Assembly (NCBI GenBank): GCA_002104945.1
Contig: MCFH01000010.1
Coordinates: 558,001 to 622,000, forward strand
DNA length: 64,000 nt
DNA from: Piromyces finnis finn
Taxonomy: Eukaryota; Fungi; Neocallimastigomycota
Reading direction: 5' to 3'
The translations under genes were made by a program, and so were the position numbers. Below are positions 20,069 to 35,929 of the stretch, piece after piece. A model generated the notes under the pieces. That model was not told where the DNA came from and did not search any database. It saw only the letters and a list, made by a program, of their open reading frames with translations. Numbering within the stretch: the stretch's first letter is position 1; each line of letters starts with the position of its first letter.

Positions 20069-22540
20069 TATGACTGTTAAGAAAAAGAATAGAATATTAG
20101 TTTTTTTTTATTTTAATTACTAAGCATAAATAAAGACATTCTTTTTAAAAAGGTAGTGTCTTGTGTATGATAATATATACGTATGTTATACCTATAATTA
20201 CGCGTATATATATAATTAATAATGGATATATAAATAGTTTTTTGATAAAGAGAATAAATTATTTTGATATTAAATATAATTATGTATATTAAATTACTAT
20301 TATATATATGTATTGCTTTTTTTTTTTTTTTTTTTTTTTACTTTAGACTTCCTATTTAATTAAACAGTTTATTCTACTATTTTAAAATCACTATTTTCCT
20401 TATTTATGACATAGGATGATTAACTAGTATTATAAAGATGAAGATAATAGATTTTTAATACCTTCTTTACATAAATATTGTTTTTAAATTCTTATTTATT
20501 TTTAACATTTAGTATTAACTCTACATTATATAAAGTTTTTCCTTTTCTTCTTCGTCTTCTTAATGTTAGATTATTTTTTTTTTTACTTTTGTTATATTTA
20601 TAATATAAATAATAAAAATTCATAGTATTATTAATAGTACATTGCATTATAGTTGGTTTTAATAAATAATAAACAACAAAAGACTAAAGAATAATTTCAT
20701 AATAAATTACAAAAGAAAAAAAATATTATTTAGTCTAGTATAAGACTATTAAAATATCCTTTTAAAAATATTTTTTTCCTTTTTATAATTTTTATTAATA
20801 GTCATTATAAAATTACTAAACTATTAAAACAAAAAATGTAAACCCTCAATAAATAGTTGAACAGCGAAAAAAAAATAATTAAATCCCTCATTCTTCATGG
20901 AGAATTATTTTCAATATTAGTAAATTATATTAAACTTTATTTATTGTTAAAATTTATATAATCGACTTAATCCATCTTTTTCTAATAATTATATAGTTAA
21001 GATTTTATTAATTTATATGTAATAACTATATTCTTTTCTATTTAATAAAGTTTATTATTTACTTTTATTTTCCTTAATTAAATTTTATAATAAAAATAAA
21101 AGTAATTTCTTTTTTAAAATAAAATAGAAAAGAAATTAATATTGTCATACTGATAGAAATAAGTTTTATTTAATAAAATGAACATAAATTCAGTAATAAT
21201 AAAAGTTGCTATAAAAATACTATATATATTTTAAAAAGTATGTTGATTGATTAATATATATTTAATGATATATATAATTAAAAAATAGTACAACTAATTT
21301 AGTATTAAAGAAAGACATCTTGAAGTAAAAAATACAATTCATTTATAAGTGTGTTCATTATAATAATTGTTCAATATTTAAAATAAAGAAAATATATACT
21401 TTAATAATATTCAATATAACTTGTATGTTTAATAATAATTATTTATTATATTAGTAATTTATTCTTTAATTAAAATAAAATTATTGTCTTTCCCTTAAAA
21501 AAATAATATAACAAAGCGGTAATAATATTGTATATATTCTTTTTTATTAAGCTTATTATTTTATTAGGTAATTATGAAACTTTTAAAGTATTTTTTTTTA
21601 TAGTTTAGTGAGACTTCAAGTAATATACAGACATTTTAAGAACAACTATACTATACAAATAACAAACTAATATCCATTTATAGAAATATTCATTTTTTTC
21701 TCTCTCGTTGCTTTTAATTCTGTATTTATGTATATATATTATAATATATATATTAATAGTATTTTATTATATTATGTTTCATTTTAATAAAGATTGTTTT
21801 ATATTCCATTAAAAATAATTTTTTTTTACTTATATTTATATATTAATAATACGAACTATTCATATATATTCAAAATATATGTAATGCTTTATAATATTAT
21901 TATTCGTTATTAAAAATGTGTTAATCTTTTTATTTATAACGAATCAGAATCATGCCGCTTATTATCTTTTTTATTCATTAAATAGTAAGTAAAAAAATTA
22001 TTATTATTATAATTACTAATTATTATAACATACATTTTCTTATATTAAAATTATGCATTATAAATGTAATGCTTTGCTTTAATTTATAAATTTATATCCT
22101 ATTACAAAATTTGCTTGTTTTTCTTTTAAAAATAGTATTTAATAAAGTTTTAATTACTCGGAAAATTTATATTTCCATTTAATTGAAACAAATATTATAT
22201 TATTACAAATAAGGTTTTTAATTCTTTTTGTCTAATTAAATATAAATCTTATTTATTAATATTATATAAAATAATAATATTCTAACAAAAAATTTCTATA
22301 TTTATGAAATGTATTAAATTTATATTAGATAAAATTTTTATTTTCCTATTTTCCTTTAATTTTTCATTCTATGTGAATTTTTTATAAAACATTTGTATAT
22401 AAAATGCCAACCAATAATATTTAATAATAAATAAGATTATAAATAGTTATATTAAATTATAAATAATATAATATTCTATAATATATATTTCTCACCATTC
22501 TAATTTATCATTCTAATTTATCGGTAGTGCTTGATAAAGT

Positions 22541-22830
<290 letters not shown>

Positions 22831-25449
22831 ATAAATATATATTGAAAAAAGCATATTTAAAAATAATATATGTTAATGAATGATTAAAAGAATTAATAAT
22901 GCTATATATTGCTTAAAATAAAAAAAAAAGTCATTATTATATGGCAATTTTTTGGGATGTAATTAAAATATTTTTAATATTTACATTGAAAACTAAAGAG
23001 AATAGGATTAATTATTTGTATTTATTTAATTGGATTATTTATTTATTTATTTATTTTTTAATCATTCAAATAGAATAAAAAATAAAATGGAAAATAATTG
23101 AGAAAAACTTCCATTTTTTTTAATTATAATGTTAGATTCAAATTTTTAATTTTCTATTAAAAATCAAATTATTAAATTGGATAAAAATTAATTAGTTTTG
23201 TTTCATATTGAAAAATCATTTGTTATTCATTTATTATTATTCTTTAAGCATTAATAGAAATGTATTATTTTATTTATTAATATATGAATAGATAATTTAT
23301 TTTTGTATATTAAATTTGTTGACAATATTTCCAAAAAGAGTTTTTTTTTTTGTAACTTTTCCATGTTTTACTGATTAACATTTTTTAAAACAAAAAATAT
23401 ATATAAAAACAAATTATTTGGATGATTCATTATTAATTAATACTAATTTATAATTGGTGACTTTGTTTCAAAAAAAAAAAAAATTTTTTTTTCAAAGATG
23501 ATCAATAATTTATATATTAAATAATTTTATAATTGTTCATTATTAAAAAAAAAAGTATAATAGTTATAGAAAAATAGTTTCTTTATTGAAAACCTTAAAG
23601 AAATATAAAAAGAATGAGATTTTATTGTGGTCGGATTGAGTTTTATTATGAAACTTAGTAATAGGGATATCGGATTATTCTTATAATTGCTCCTTTTTAA
23701 TTTTTAAATATTAAAAAAGAAAAAGTTCTATAATAAGCCAAATATAAAAAGTTATTTTATAAGTTTTTAGTCTATCTATTGAATTCTAATAATTATAGAA
23801 ATCATGGTTTATCATAAATAATTCTGGTAACAAGGAAAAGATTTTATGTTGAATCATCCAGCTTTTACCAATAAAATTTTTTTCCAATAAAGGTTTCATC
23901 ATGTACCGTTGATAATATGAGTCATATGGCAAATTATTTTGATCCTAAGCCATGAAAAACATACATTTTAATATTATATTCTTTTTTACTTTTTAAAAGA
24001 TTTTACTATTATTATTATTATTACTATTACTATTTTTAATATTAGTAATGGCTTTGAATAATGCTTTTTTTTTTCTTTTTTTAAAAAAAATTTATGAATA
24101 TATTAATTTTAAAATTTTTAATCAATATCAAAGACCGAATTATTCTTTAATATTATTATTTAATTTATTCTATGGTTATTCATTATTAAATAATAAATTA
24201 TATTCATAAAACAGTAAGTGATGTAATAATGAAACTAATATATTGAATATAAAATTAATATATATCTTTTAGTATTTGATTCTGTCACATTTGAGAAAAA
24301 TAACAATCATTGGAAGTAACAATAGTATATTAGAGATTTTACCTTTTTAATTCTTTTTTTTTTTTTTTTAATTTAAAGAGTAAATTAATTAATATATTAA
24401 TAATATAACCAATAAAATTAAAAGAAAAATCTTCTAACTAGTTTCAATACTTAAGTAAACAATGGTTACATTTTATCTTAATATTAATAAATATTATTCA
24501 TATAAATGAATATGAAAATAAATATGAATAATATATTGAATGAAACAAAATTATTTTATTGCTTCTATTTTATATTATAATTAATGTTGAATATATTTTT
24601 TTGTGATATTATAATGTTGAAAATCATTTTCATTTTATTATAATTTTTTTTTTTAAAAATCTTGAAACACTTTGAAATTAATGGAATTTTTAGAGTTTAA
24701 AATAAATTAGTTTTTAAAAATAATAAAGAAAACAAAAAAGCCAGAAAGCTTATACTATTTACATTTAAATAATAAACAATAAATAAGATATATAAGTTTT
24801 TTTTTTTTAATTTTAAATGATTTTTTTTGTATTATATATATAATGTTAATATATATTATTTTATTATTTCTTACTTTTAAAAAATATATTTTATATCTTT
24901 AAAAAAAAAAACAACATTCTTTATTTTTGTTTTCATATGATAGTTAACCTAATATAGTTTTTATAGAAGAAAAATTTTATCTTTTGTATTAACTAATATA
25001 TAATATTTAATTTTAAAAATAATTCAGAATTATATTATCCACAATATATACTATATATTATAGTATAATCATTTTTTATTCTAATAGATTTTATAATAGT
25101 TAACTTGTTTCTTTTTTAATATACATAAATAAATTAAAAAGAAAAGCTTAAATCATTGATACAATTAATAAATATGGTTAAATTAAAACTTTTATATTAA
25201 AGACAGAAAATATTTTAAAACTCTTTTTCTTAAACACAAATCAAGAATAATAGTAATATTTTGTTTTAATTTTTATTATAATGAAAATAGTTGCGATGAT
25301 TAAAATAGAAAAACTTTTTAGATTATTCCATTTTTTCTTTAATAAAATTATCATATTGTATAAGCCTAGAATGGTCTAGCATCTAGGATAAAAACTGAAA
25401 ATAATAAATTAAGAAGAGAGTTAATTAGGTTAACAAATTTATTATCTAT

Positions 25450-25451
<2 letters not shown>

Positions 25452-25509
<58 letters not shown>

Positions 25510-25510
25510 A
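25452..25510. repeat. (AAAT)n microsatellite
   Basis: Directly visible. Confidence 0.9.
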
Positions 25511-28500
25511 AAATATGTTTCATATTTTATTTTTTATGTATTCCATTTCATATTTTATAAAGATGAGGAAAAAGCTATTTAATGGTAAAAAATTATGACT
25601 GAGAAGTCATGTGATATGACCAATTACTATTGAATAATTCATATTGTGTAAAGGAATAGAACTTTTATTCATCAAAATTGTAATTGTATTTTAATTTAAT
25701 TTTTTTTTTTTTTTTTGATTAAGGCTATCATAATATAAATAATATATTGTATAAGGTAGCATATCATTTTTTTTTGTTTTACTCAGCATAAAATTTATAT
25801 ATTATATTTATTTACTTTTCCAAATTTGTCATGATAACCAAGTATGATTAGAAACTTTAAATTTTTTTTAATATTTAGTATCCACAAAATATAATTTATA
25901 TTTTATATTAAAAAATAATTTTTATTATTAAGAAAATTGAATATATATATATATATATAAAAGAATTCCAATGAGAAAACCTATATTATATGTTGACTAT
26001 ATGACTAAGTATATATCATTTTTAATCAACACTTCCTATATGATTCGTGTTATATGGTAATGATAATATGAATTAAATGGTATAGTCGTAGTTTTTTATA
26101 AAAGGAACTTACATTTAGAGTAATTTAAATATATATATTTATTTTTTTTTAAGATTTAAAATTGTAAAAAATAAAATAATAATGTTAATATTATTTAATT
26201 GCTAAAACAATAGCAGTATTATAATGACTTTAACATTCAATTTTTTGATTTAGATATAAACTAATTAAATATTATAAAATAAACTTTTTTTTTTTTAATT
26301 AAATGATGAAATATATTCATCTATTGTTGAACTCTAATTATTAATATGTTTAATTATTTTTAGGTGATTGTGATTGTGAATATATTATAAAGGAATAAAT
26401 TTTAATATGCAATATAATTGAATAAATATATAATGCAATATATGAAATAGTTGTTATATACATATTTTTTAAATATGCTTAAATCAAGTAAACTAATTAT
26501 AATAAAATGTTGCAAAATTAGTAAATGACCTATTTGTTGTGAAAGAAGTTTAAAGGCTAATTATTAGTTTAAAAATGGAAAAAAAAATTATTATTCATTT
26601 TTTTTTTTGATATTATTTTATATTAAAATAGATCATATTTTAATGATGTGATGTAAAGGAGGTATATGAAAAAATAGTATATATCATATTTCATCATAAA
26701 TTTACCAATAATGATCTTTTTATATTGGCTCTAAAAATATTTATTAATATAATAGGAATACTATTAAAAATCCTCTTTTTAAGAAAAATTGTGATTATTA
26801 ATGAAAGTATGAATAGGGAACCCCAATAAAGTTAATATTTAATTTTAATCATCCGTTATATATGAATAAATAAAGATGATATATAGAAATTTTGGTACTT
26901 AATATAATGAAGAAAATGAATAAGTAACAACCATAAAAAACGGCTTATTATATATTTATAAAGTATAATAAAACATTAATAATTATTACGGCGAATAACT
27001 ATAGAAGGGATTAAATTTCTATATAGACTTTTTGATTATTTATAAAAAATTGTCATTATACAGAAAAAAAATATATATTAAAATACCATTATTATATATA
27101 GTATGCTATTTAAAACATTTATAATCTTCTTCAATTGGATTAACATGATTAAAGTATTTTAAAAATAACAATACATAATAAAATAATATAAAGTGAAAAA
27201 GATCCTCATTTATGAATGTATTTTTTTTTTTTACAAAATTTTTTAAATTTTTTGTTTCAATATGGGATGACAAACCCCTCAATAAAAAATTTTCACTAAA
27301 TTTATTATTTGGAAATTGTATCACCAACATTTTTAAATTAAATATAAAATTAATATTCAAGATAAATTAACTTTTTTTCTTGTTATATATAAAACATGGA
27401 GATTTAGAATATTATTCTTCCATTATAAATTAATAATTTAAATATTACTGCCGTTTTATATATATAATATATAATTTTTTTTTGTTTGAATATATAATTA
27501 CATTTTTTTTATATTGTTAATTTTTATTAGGAGATGAAATAATGGTCTACATTAAAATATAATTTAAAAAAAAAAAAGATGATGGATTTTTTATTTGAGG
27601 ATTGTAATTTGAAAAAGAATTGAAATATAAAAAAGAAAAACTCTTTCTCTTTTTATTATTATTATTATAGTATATATAGAAGATTTAAATGTATATTGAC
27701 ATTTGACATAAGAAAAACATAATAAAAAAAATACAGTTTATAAAGCTTATAAATAATATATTTTAATGATAAAATTTTGTGATTTTCCGTTTATTTATAT
27801 TTAACAATATATTTATATAAAAATAAAATATGATAATTTAAATTATTCCTCATACAATATATAAATAAATATATAAATATATACTATTATGAAATATAAA
27901 TAAGTTATTGATTGTAAATAGGATTATAATTATATTATATTTGTTATTGATAGTCTTAAATATTTGGGGTAACAAATTATTAACATTTAACATTTGTTTC
28001 TGTGTAATGCTAATCTCATTTCATTTTTTTTATGGAAAATTTTTTTTCCAAGCCTTATTATATCCTTATTTTAAAAATCACTATTATGATATTTGTCTAT
28101 TGTATATATATTTATTCTTTTTTTAAAAAAGAAAAACAATTAACTAATATTATAAAAATAAGAATAATACTACTTTTAATAGAATGGTGACGATAATAAT
28201 GCAGATGATAGTGATAAAAATAATAATATTAACAATAAACATTTATACATTTTATTAATATTATTCCATTATAATAGTAATCTTTTCTGAATGTTTTAGA
28301 ATTCTTTTTTTTTTTAATATAAATTAATAAATAATAAATAGGAGTTTTTGGCTATTTTTAATTCCAATTTAATATAATAAATTGTTAATAAATTTAACAA
28401 CTTTATTGTTTAATATATTATCCATAACATCTATATTAATATTACTCAAGGCATTAATTTTTTAATTAATTTAAATGTTCATTCAGAAATAAATTAATTT

Positions 28501-30523
28501 TATGAAGTAATAAAAATAATAATAAACAATGATGAGATATTTTACATATTTTTACAATTATATTTATATATTAAAGGATAAAAAATTATATTAAAATTAA
28601 TACTATTATTAAAAATTATAATCAATAAAGTTTAAGTGGAGTATTAACTATTTAAATTTTAATATAATAAAATTTTTTTCTATTAATAAAACTTCATTAG
28701 TATAGATATTAAATTGATATTCTGTGTATTATATTATTAAACTGTGACAATAATATATAATAAATCGTATTAATAGAATGAAATAATAATAGTAATAATG
28801 AAATTAAATAGAAAATTATAATTTATATTAAAAAAAAAAAAGTTTATCATTATAAGAATAAAAGGAGCAACAGAATTTTCGTAATAATAATGGTATAGTA
28901 AAATGGAAGTTTTCCCACGGATGATAAGTAAATATACTTTAAAATTTCATTATATTTTATATAATAGTAGCTTACAATCTTTCCCTTACTACTTATATTA
29001 AGTCTCTTCTATATATATTCTATTATTGTGTTTATAATACCATTATTAAAGTTTTTTTTACAAAGTTTTATCCTACTTTTTTTTTTTTACCATAAAAAAT
29101 AGAAAAGATAATCATAATTTAAAATAATAATATAATAATAAAAATTAAAGAGATCATCTAATTGTGGTGAATATTTGAAACATATTTACCACATGAATAT
29201 AATAATGTTTGATATATATATTATTTTTTTGAGCAATATAATATTACAATTTATTTTACATTAAATTTTCATAATTATTATCAAATTGGATACAATCTGT
29301 AACATAAATATATATCAACTCATTAATTAAATTAAATAAATTTATAATTAATATAGTTTGATTTTCATTAAATTAAATAGGATACAAAAAATAAAGTTTA
29401 TATTAATTCTATTTTGTTTTTAAATTTTAATATTTAAAATAAAAATGTATATATATTAATCATGTTAATTCAAATATATTTTATCCTATTTTTAATAAAA
29501 TTTAATGAAAAAAATTTTAATAGATTATTTTATCATCATTATTCATTATTATCAATGGTTAAATGAATAATTGATTTGGCTAAAACTAATGCTTATTTAT
29601 TATGAATAATATTATTTAATGTGATAAATTGGCAAAACAATTATTCACAATGTGGTCCGAAATAATTTATATTTCATTCTAAATACTACATGTTTTTTTT
29701 TTTTAATATCAAAATAAAGTTATCAATATCTATTGTATGAAAATATTATTAAAACAATAAGCAATAAAACTTCTTTTACTTCAAATCCAATTAATAGTTG
29801 TATTAATTTATAGTATTTTGATTATATTGTTTAAAAAATAAATAAATGAATAACTCCAGTATAATTGCTTTAAAGTATTTTATATTTATATAAATATTCT
29901 ACTCATTTTTTTTTTAAAAAAAATGAATAGTATTATTAATACTTAAGTTATATTTAAATAAAATTCTATTTTATTATTTAGTTTTAAGTATTATTTAGTC
30001 TTAAGTCGGTCAATCATCATTAATAATACTATAAAGTTTTAATGAAAAAATTTGATTTATTAAAATTCAATACTTGTTTTAATTTTGTTACTATTATTAT
30101 TAATGTAAATTTAATTGATAATATAAAATGTTTAGTAGTTTTACCATTATTTATAATATATTAAATTTTATTATACTTTATTATATATATAATATAAAAC
30201 ATATGAAAATTTTTTATATGATAAACCTTTTTTTTTTGAATTAAAGTTTTTTTTCTATTAAAAAAATTAAATTAATTTTTTTAAATGAGGAAATAAATCA
30301 AACTTTATTATCTATTTTTTCCATTTTTAATTTATACTGTAATTGATATAAATTTATATATTGATCCAATATATATAAAATACTATTATAATAAATTATT
30401 CTTTATATTAACTTTTTTGGTAAAACATGTTTTTTTTCTGTTAATTAATAATTAATATATCTGCAGGACTCTTTAATTTATTTTTTAATATTCCATGGAG
30501 ATAATTTAATTTCCATCAACTTT

Positions 30524-30685
30524 TATTATTCTTGATAATAGTTGATTACTTTTTAATAATTTTTTATATAAAAATTGTATTATTCTTGATAATAGTTGAT
30601 TACTTTTTAATAATTTTTTATATAAAAATTGTATTATTCTTGATAATAGTTGATTACTTTTTAATAATTTTTTATATAAAAATTG
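30524..30685. repeat. 54-bp unit x3 perfect tandem repeat
   Basis: TATTATTCTTGATAATAGTTGATTACTTTTTAATAATTTTTTATATAAAAATTG three times. Confidence 0.92.
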
Positions 30686-32309
30686 TAAAGGATAACGTTG
30701 TTATTATGCTTATGCTACACAATAGTATATATTATTAAAAGTATAAGATATATTAAATTAGGTGAAAGTTAAAAAAAAATCCAAGAAATCCTTCATAAAA
30801 ATGATATGAAAACAAAATAAATTTGATATTTGCACAAAAATTGCATTTTATTTTTATTCTATTTAATTAAATTATATTATTTTTAATAACATTTACTAAG
30901 AATAAAGTTAACTTTTTTAATTATGACATAATTTAAAGGTATTATAAAGAAAGTTAGAAGAGATAAACCATATTATATTGTTTTATATTATTATAAAACA
31001 TAACTATGAAATGAATATACTTTTAATATAACTATTTTTATTATTTATTAAAGCGTATAACTTTTAATAAATATTTAATATAATAAAAAGCAATGATATA
31101 TATTTTTAAATATTCTTCTTTTTATTATGTTATATATTGTATTAAATAAAATTTTAAATTTAACTCTATTAAAATTTTAAATATAATAAAAAAAACTTCT
31201 TTATAAAAGCGAATTCTTATTATTGGTAATAAGATTTTTTTATAATACAAAGTTAAAAATGATAATAGTTGACCAAATTAAAAGATTAATTAAAGTTAAT
31301 ATAATATATTAAATAATACATTTAAGTGATCATTTATATAAATATAGTATATTATAGTATATTCCGTGTTTTACATGGAAATTTATCCAAGAATTAAAAA
31401 TTTATAATATATGAAAAAATCCATAAATATAAATTAAATATTGAACATTCTTAAACTAAAAAAATATATCATTCATTATATTAAAATATATTATGATATT
31501 ATATATATTTATAATAAACTTAAATATAAAAAGAAAAGATTACTAAATTAAACTTTAATTTTTTTATTTTGAAAAAATTATCTTTTTTTTTATATAAAAT
31601 TATTTATAATTATATTGTTATTTAATAGTTCATGAATTATATTTTATTATAATATATATAATTAGATTATCATCCTAGTATTTTACTTAAACTTTTTTAT
31701 TAAAAATATGAAAATATACTTTTTAAACAAAATATAACTGTCAATCTTTTAATATTTTGTAAATTGTAATTTGAATTATTTAAAACCATTTCATAATATT
31801 TTTAAATTTATTGTTGTTATTTTTATTTTTTCCAAAATAAAGAATTTCAAAATTCATGTCACACAAACTATATTTATATTAAGATTTAATTTTATGAATT
31901 TCAAATATATTAAATGAAGACATTTTTCAATATAAATTAAGATTATTAATATTTTCAATAACCATTTTTTAATAAAGATTATCAAAATTAAAATTTTAAT
32001 TTTTACTATAAATAGTAACAATCATAGTATTATAAATATAAAATATCTAAGGATAAAAACTTTATTAATTAACCGAGAAATTTCTAAATATTTAATTTAA
32101 TTAGCAATTAATATTTTTTATAATTAATAAAGTTATTTATTATTTAGTATAAATTTCTAATATAAAATTCAATATATCCTAAATTATTAATTATTATCTA
32201 TAAACAAACAAACAAACAAAAAAAAATATGCGGTTGAATATTAAACTTGTAAATATTTATTAATTATTATATAAAAAATAAATAGGATACTAATAAAATG
32301 TAGCTACAG

Positions 32310-32364
<55 letters not shown>
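32310..32364. repeat. (AAAT)n microsatellite
   Basis: Directly visible. Confidence 0.9.
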
Positions 32365-35300
32365 AAATATTTACATAGATTAGAGAATATATAGAAATAT
32401 ATAGTTTATATATATTTTTTAAACGGTATTGAATGATAACTAATAATATATTTATCAATAAAAATCAATAAAAAGGATAATTTTAATAAAATAATTCATC
32501 GTTCCTTTTTTTTTAGTAAGAAAAGAATATTATGAAAGGTGAATAAATTATTTTCAATAGATATTCAAATATTCATAAATTTTATTTTTGAAAGTGATAG
32601 TTTTTTTTTATTGATTAGTTTATATGCCGCAAATTTTGATTATCCAAATATAGTAAATTAGAAAATTGATTACGGCATTTTTTTATTTAAAAAAATAAAC
32701 AATTTTATGAATAAAAAAATATCAACAATAGAAAAATTATATTAAAAATTAATTTAAATAAAAAAACTTTGTGTAATATTTAATATTCTATTATAAAAAT
32801 CTCAAAAATTAATAAAAAGATAGAATATATATTTTATATGGAAAACCGTTATTATTAAATTTATTTTTTAAATATAAAAACGGTTGTTAAAATTGAGAGA
32901 TCAATAATTATCTATTTATTGTTATTACCATTATTATTATTAATATTATTTTTGTAAAGGTTTAATGACCATGAATAAAGAAACTTTCTATTTTAATTAA
33001 TATATGATAATGGTTATAGAATGTATTTACTTTTTTTAATTTTTTTATAAAAGTTATTAGTCTTTATCATAAATATTTAAATATATATATAAAATAACTT
33101 TTTTTATTATTGTTGCAATAATTTTTTTTAAATGATTTTCATACTGTTATATAAACTTTTTTAAATTCATTTGTTTGAATTTAAAATGTTGTCACTGTTA
33201 CACAAACATTTATTATTATTTATAATAAATTGTAATATATTGCGTACTACCATAACATAATATATTAATAATATAATATATTATATACATATATTATCAT
33301 CAATATATTAACCTTAAATCTATTTTTTTGTTTTTGTTTTTGTTTTATTTGGTTATATTTGCAAAACATTTTCAAACAACATCATAAACATAAAACAAAT
33401 ATTAAATGGATCAACCAATTAGGCTATTATTAATACATACATTTGATATTTAGATGCTATATCATTCAGCATATTAGAAACATTTATTTAATTAAATTAT
33501 TCATTTTCTTATGATACAAAAGCAAAAAGAAATGATGTCAATTTTTTTTGAATTAAAAAGTACGGTTTATATTATTTTTGTATCAACAAGTTTAATTCTT
33601 TAAATTTAATTATGTATTAATTATATAAGTATTTTTTTTCTAATAGTAAAATATTAGTTAAAATTTAATATTTAATTATTTATAATCCTATTTTCTATTA
33701 TTGAAATTTTTCATTTTTAAATTTACCGTTGTTATGAATGTTGAAGTAGTTGCTTAATAATTGCAGTTATTTATACCTTTAAGATTTTTAATTAATAGGA
33801 AAAGTGAATTATTAAACAAATAGAATAAAATTTAATTAATTTAATTAAATTATATATGTAATATATTTTTAATATAATATTATTATATATGCGTTACAAC
33901 ATTACAATATAATAACATTTTATTAGATATATATTAATATATTAGTATATTTAGTATACCTTGATGGTGAGTTGTAGGTATTTTCAAAATATAATACTAT
34001 TAGAATGAAAATTTCATTAGAATAATTATTGATTACAGTTAATAACAAATATATTTTTAAATATTCAATATTGTTTTTGTTATAACCATTTATTATTTAT
34101 TTTATTTATAAAATAAAAGAAAGTCTTGTGACTTACTACACTAAATGGGTTAAATAAAACTGAAAGAAAATTTTAATATTGAGATTGAAATGCAACTTGT
34201 TAATTTATAAATATATTAATCATTATCAAATTAGTAATAATTAATAATTCAATTACAAACAAGGATAATAAACTTTATTTATTAATATTATATTAAAATA
34301 GTGAAAAAGAATTTTTAAAATAATAATTTATTAATGAGTTTATTTTTAGTAACCTACAATATAAATATATATATGTATTGTGTGACAAAAAACGAGTATT
34401 AATTTTTTTTTATTATAATATTATAAAAATAATGAAAAAAAGTAAAAATAATGAAACTATTCTATTTATTATTTATTTAATATAATATAGATTTAATATT
34501 TCCGTTTTTTATAAATATCTTTTTTTTTTTTTTTAATTTTTAATAAAAAAGTAAACAATGCATTTTTAAGTCATTATGCCACAAAACATTATTAAATGTA
34601 AAATAAATAAATAATAGATTTTTCTATATTTTATATTTTCTACATAGAATTCTAACAATATTAAATTAATATTTCTTTTAATAAAAATGGCAATAGAAAC
34701 ATTGATAGGAAGAGCCCAATATAAAAAAATGTTGTTTTATTATTGAGTATCATTATTAAATTTTTCACAGGCTATAAGTATATAGATGAAAAGAGAAATA
34801 AAAAAAACAAGCCAGTATTCAATATATTTAAGGGGTAAATACTTTTGTTACTTTTTTGAGATGAGTTGCACAATTAGTATTGATATTGAATGTACATGTG
34901 CTTTAGTGTTAAAAAAAAAAAGAATATACTATAATTCATTTAAAAAAAAAAAAAACAACATAAAAAAAAAGGGATTAATAAACTTTTTTTTTCTATGAAA
35001 TGTTTCATATTTTTATTATTATTATATTTTATTACATTAAGTTTAGGTCATATTTTTTATTGTAAATTAATACATTTATATAAAAAGTATTTTGAATAAT
35101 ATTAAAAGCATAAGATTCAAAGTTTTTGTTTATAAACTATTAATGATAAATAAACAAAAATAAAAAAAAAAGATAAAATTATAATTATTTAGTATTATTA
35201 AGAAATAACATCTTAATCTATAAAAATTAATTCCTATTAATCTTTTTAAAAATAATAAATAAATAAATAAACTAGATTCCAACATTTTATTAATTATTAA

Positions 35301-35892
35301 GATTTTATATATTATTTGTTTATAACAGACTCCATAGATTGACAAATTTAATAGAAACAAAAAAAAATTTTTTTTATTAAAAGTAGTATGATATTGATAT
35401 GATAATTTATTATTATTATATATAAAGAAACTTTTATTATTAGTTTCTTATTAATTTTCTTATTATGTTTTCCTTTAAATTAATTATATCAATCTTTTAT
35501 AAATTTAAAGCATTATTGTAATTAAAAGTTTTAGAATAGTGAATATCATTTCCCATTGATAAATTATCTATCTCATTAACTTTATTTTTGTTACATTATA
35601 TAGAAGAGGTATCATAGGTAAAAAAAAAATTTAATAGATTTATTCCCAATAATTTATTAATCTTTAATTATTTTGACCAGATAAAATACTATTCATTATA
35701 AAAAGTTCATGAAGACATATTAAATTGACTCATTATGGAATATATTAAAATCATTAATTTAAAACCTTTGTAATAAAATGTTTAATAATAATAGTATTAT
35801 ATCATATTAAATAGTAAATATTAAAAAGTTTTTTCTAATTTACAACTGTGGTATTTAGTAAATATTTAATTTTTAATTATTTTACTACTTCC

Positions 35893-35929
<37 letters not shown>

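Noticed and set aside
27106-27360. 84-aa minus-strand ORF
   Set aside because: No ATG start, no motif, no convincing exon chain.
30524-30685. CRISPR-like array
   Set aside because: Units are contiguous and identical, with no unique spacers; eukaryotic context and no cas genes.
34686-35360. Exon-like segments (e.g. AG|GYKYIDEKRNKKNKPVFNIFK|GT) and two short ORFs
   Set aside because: Could not be chained into a gene; flanking frames are stop-rich.
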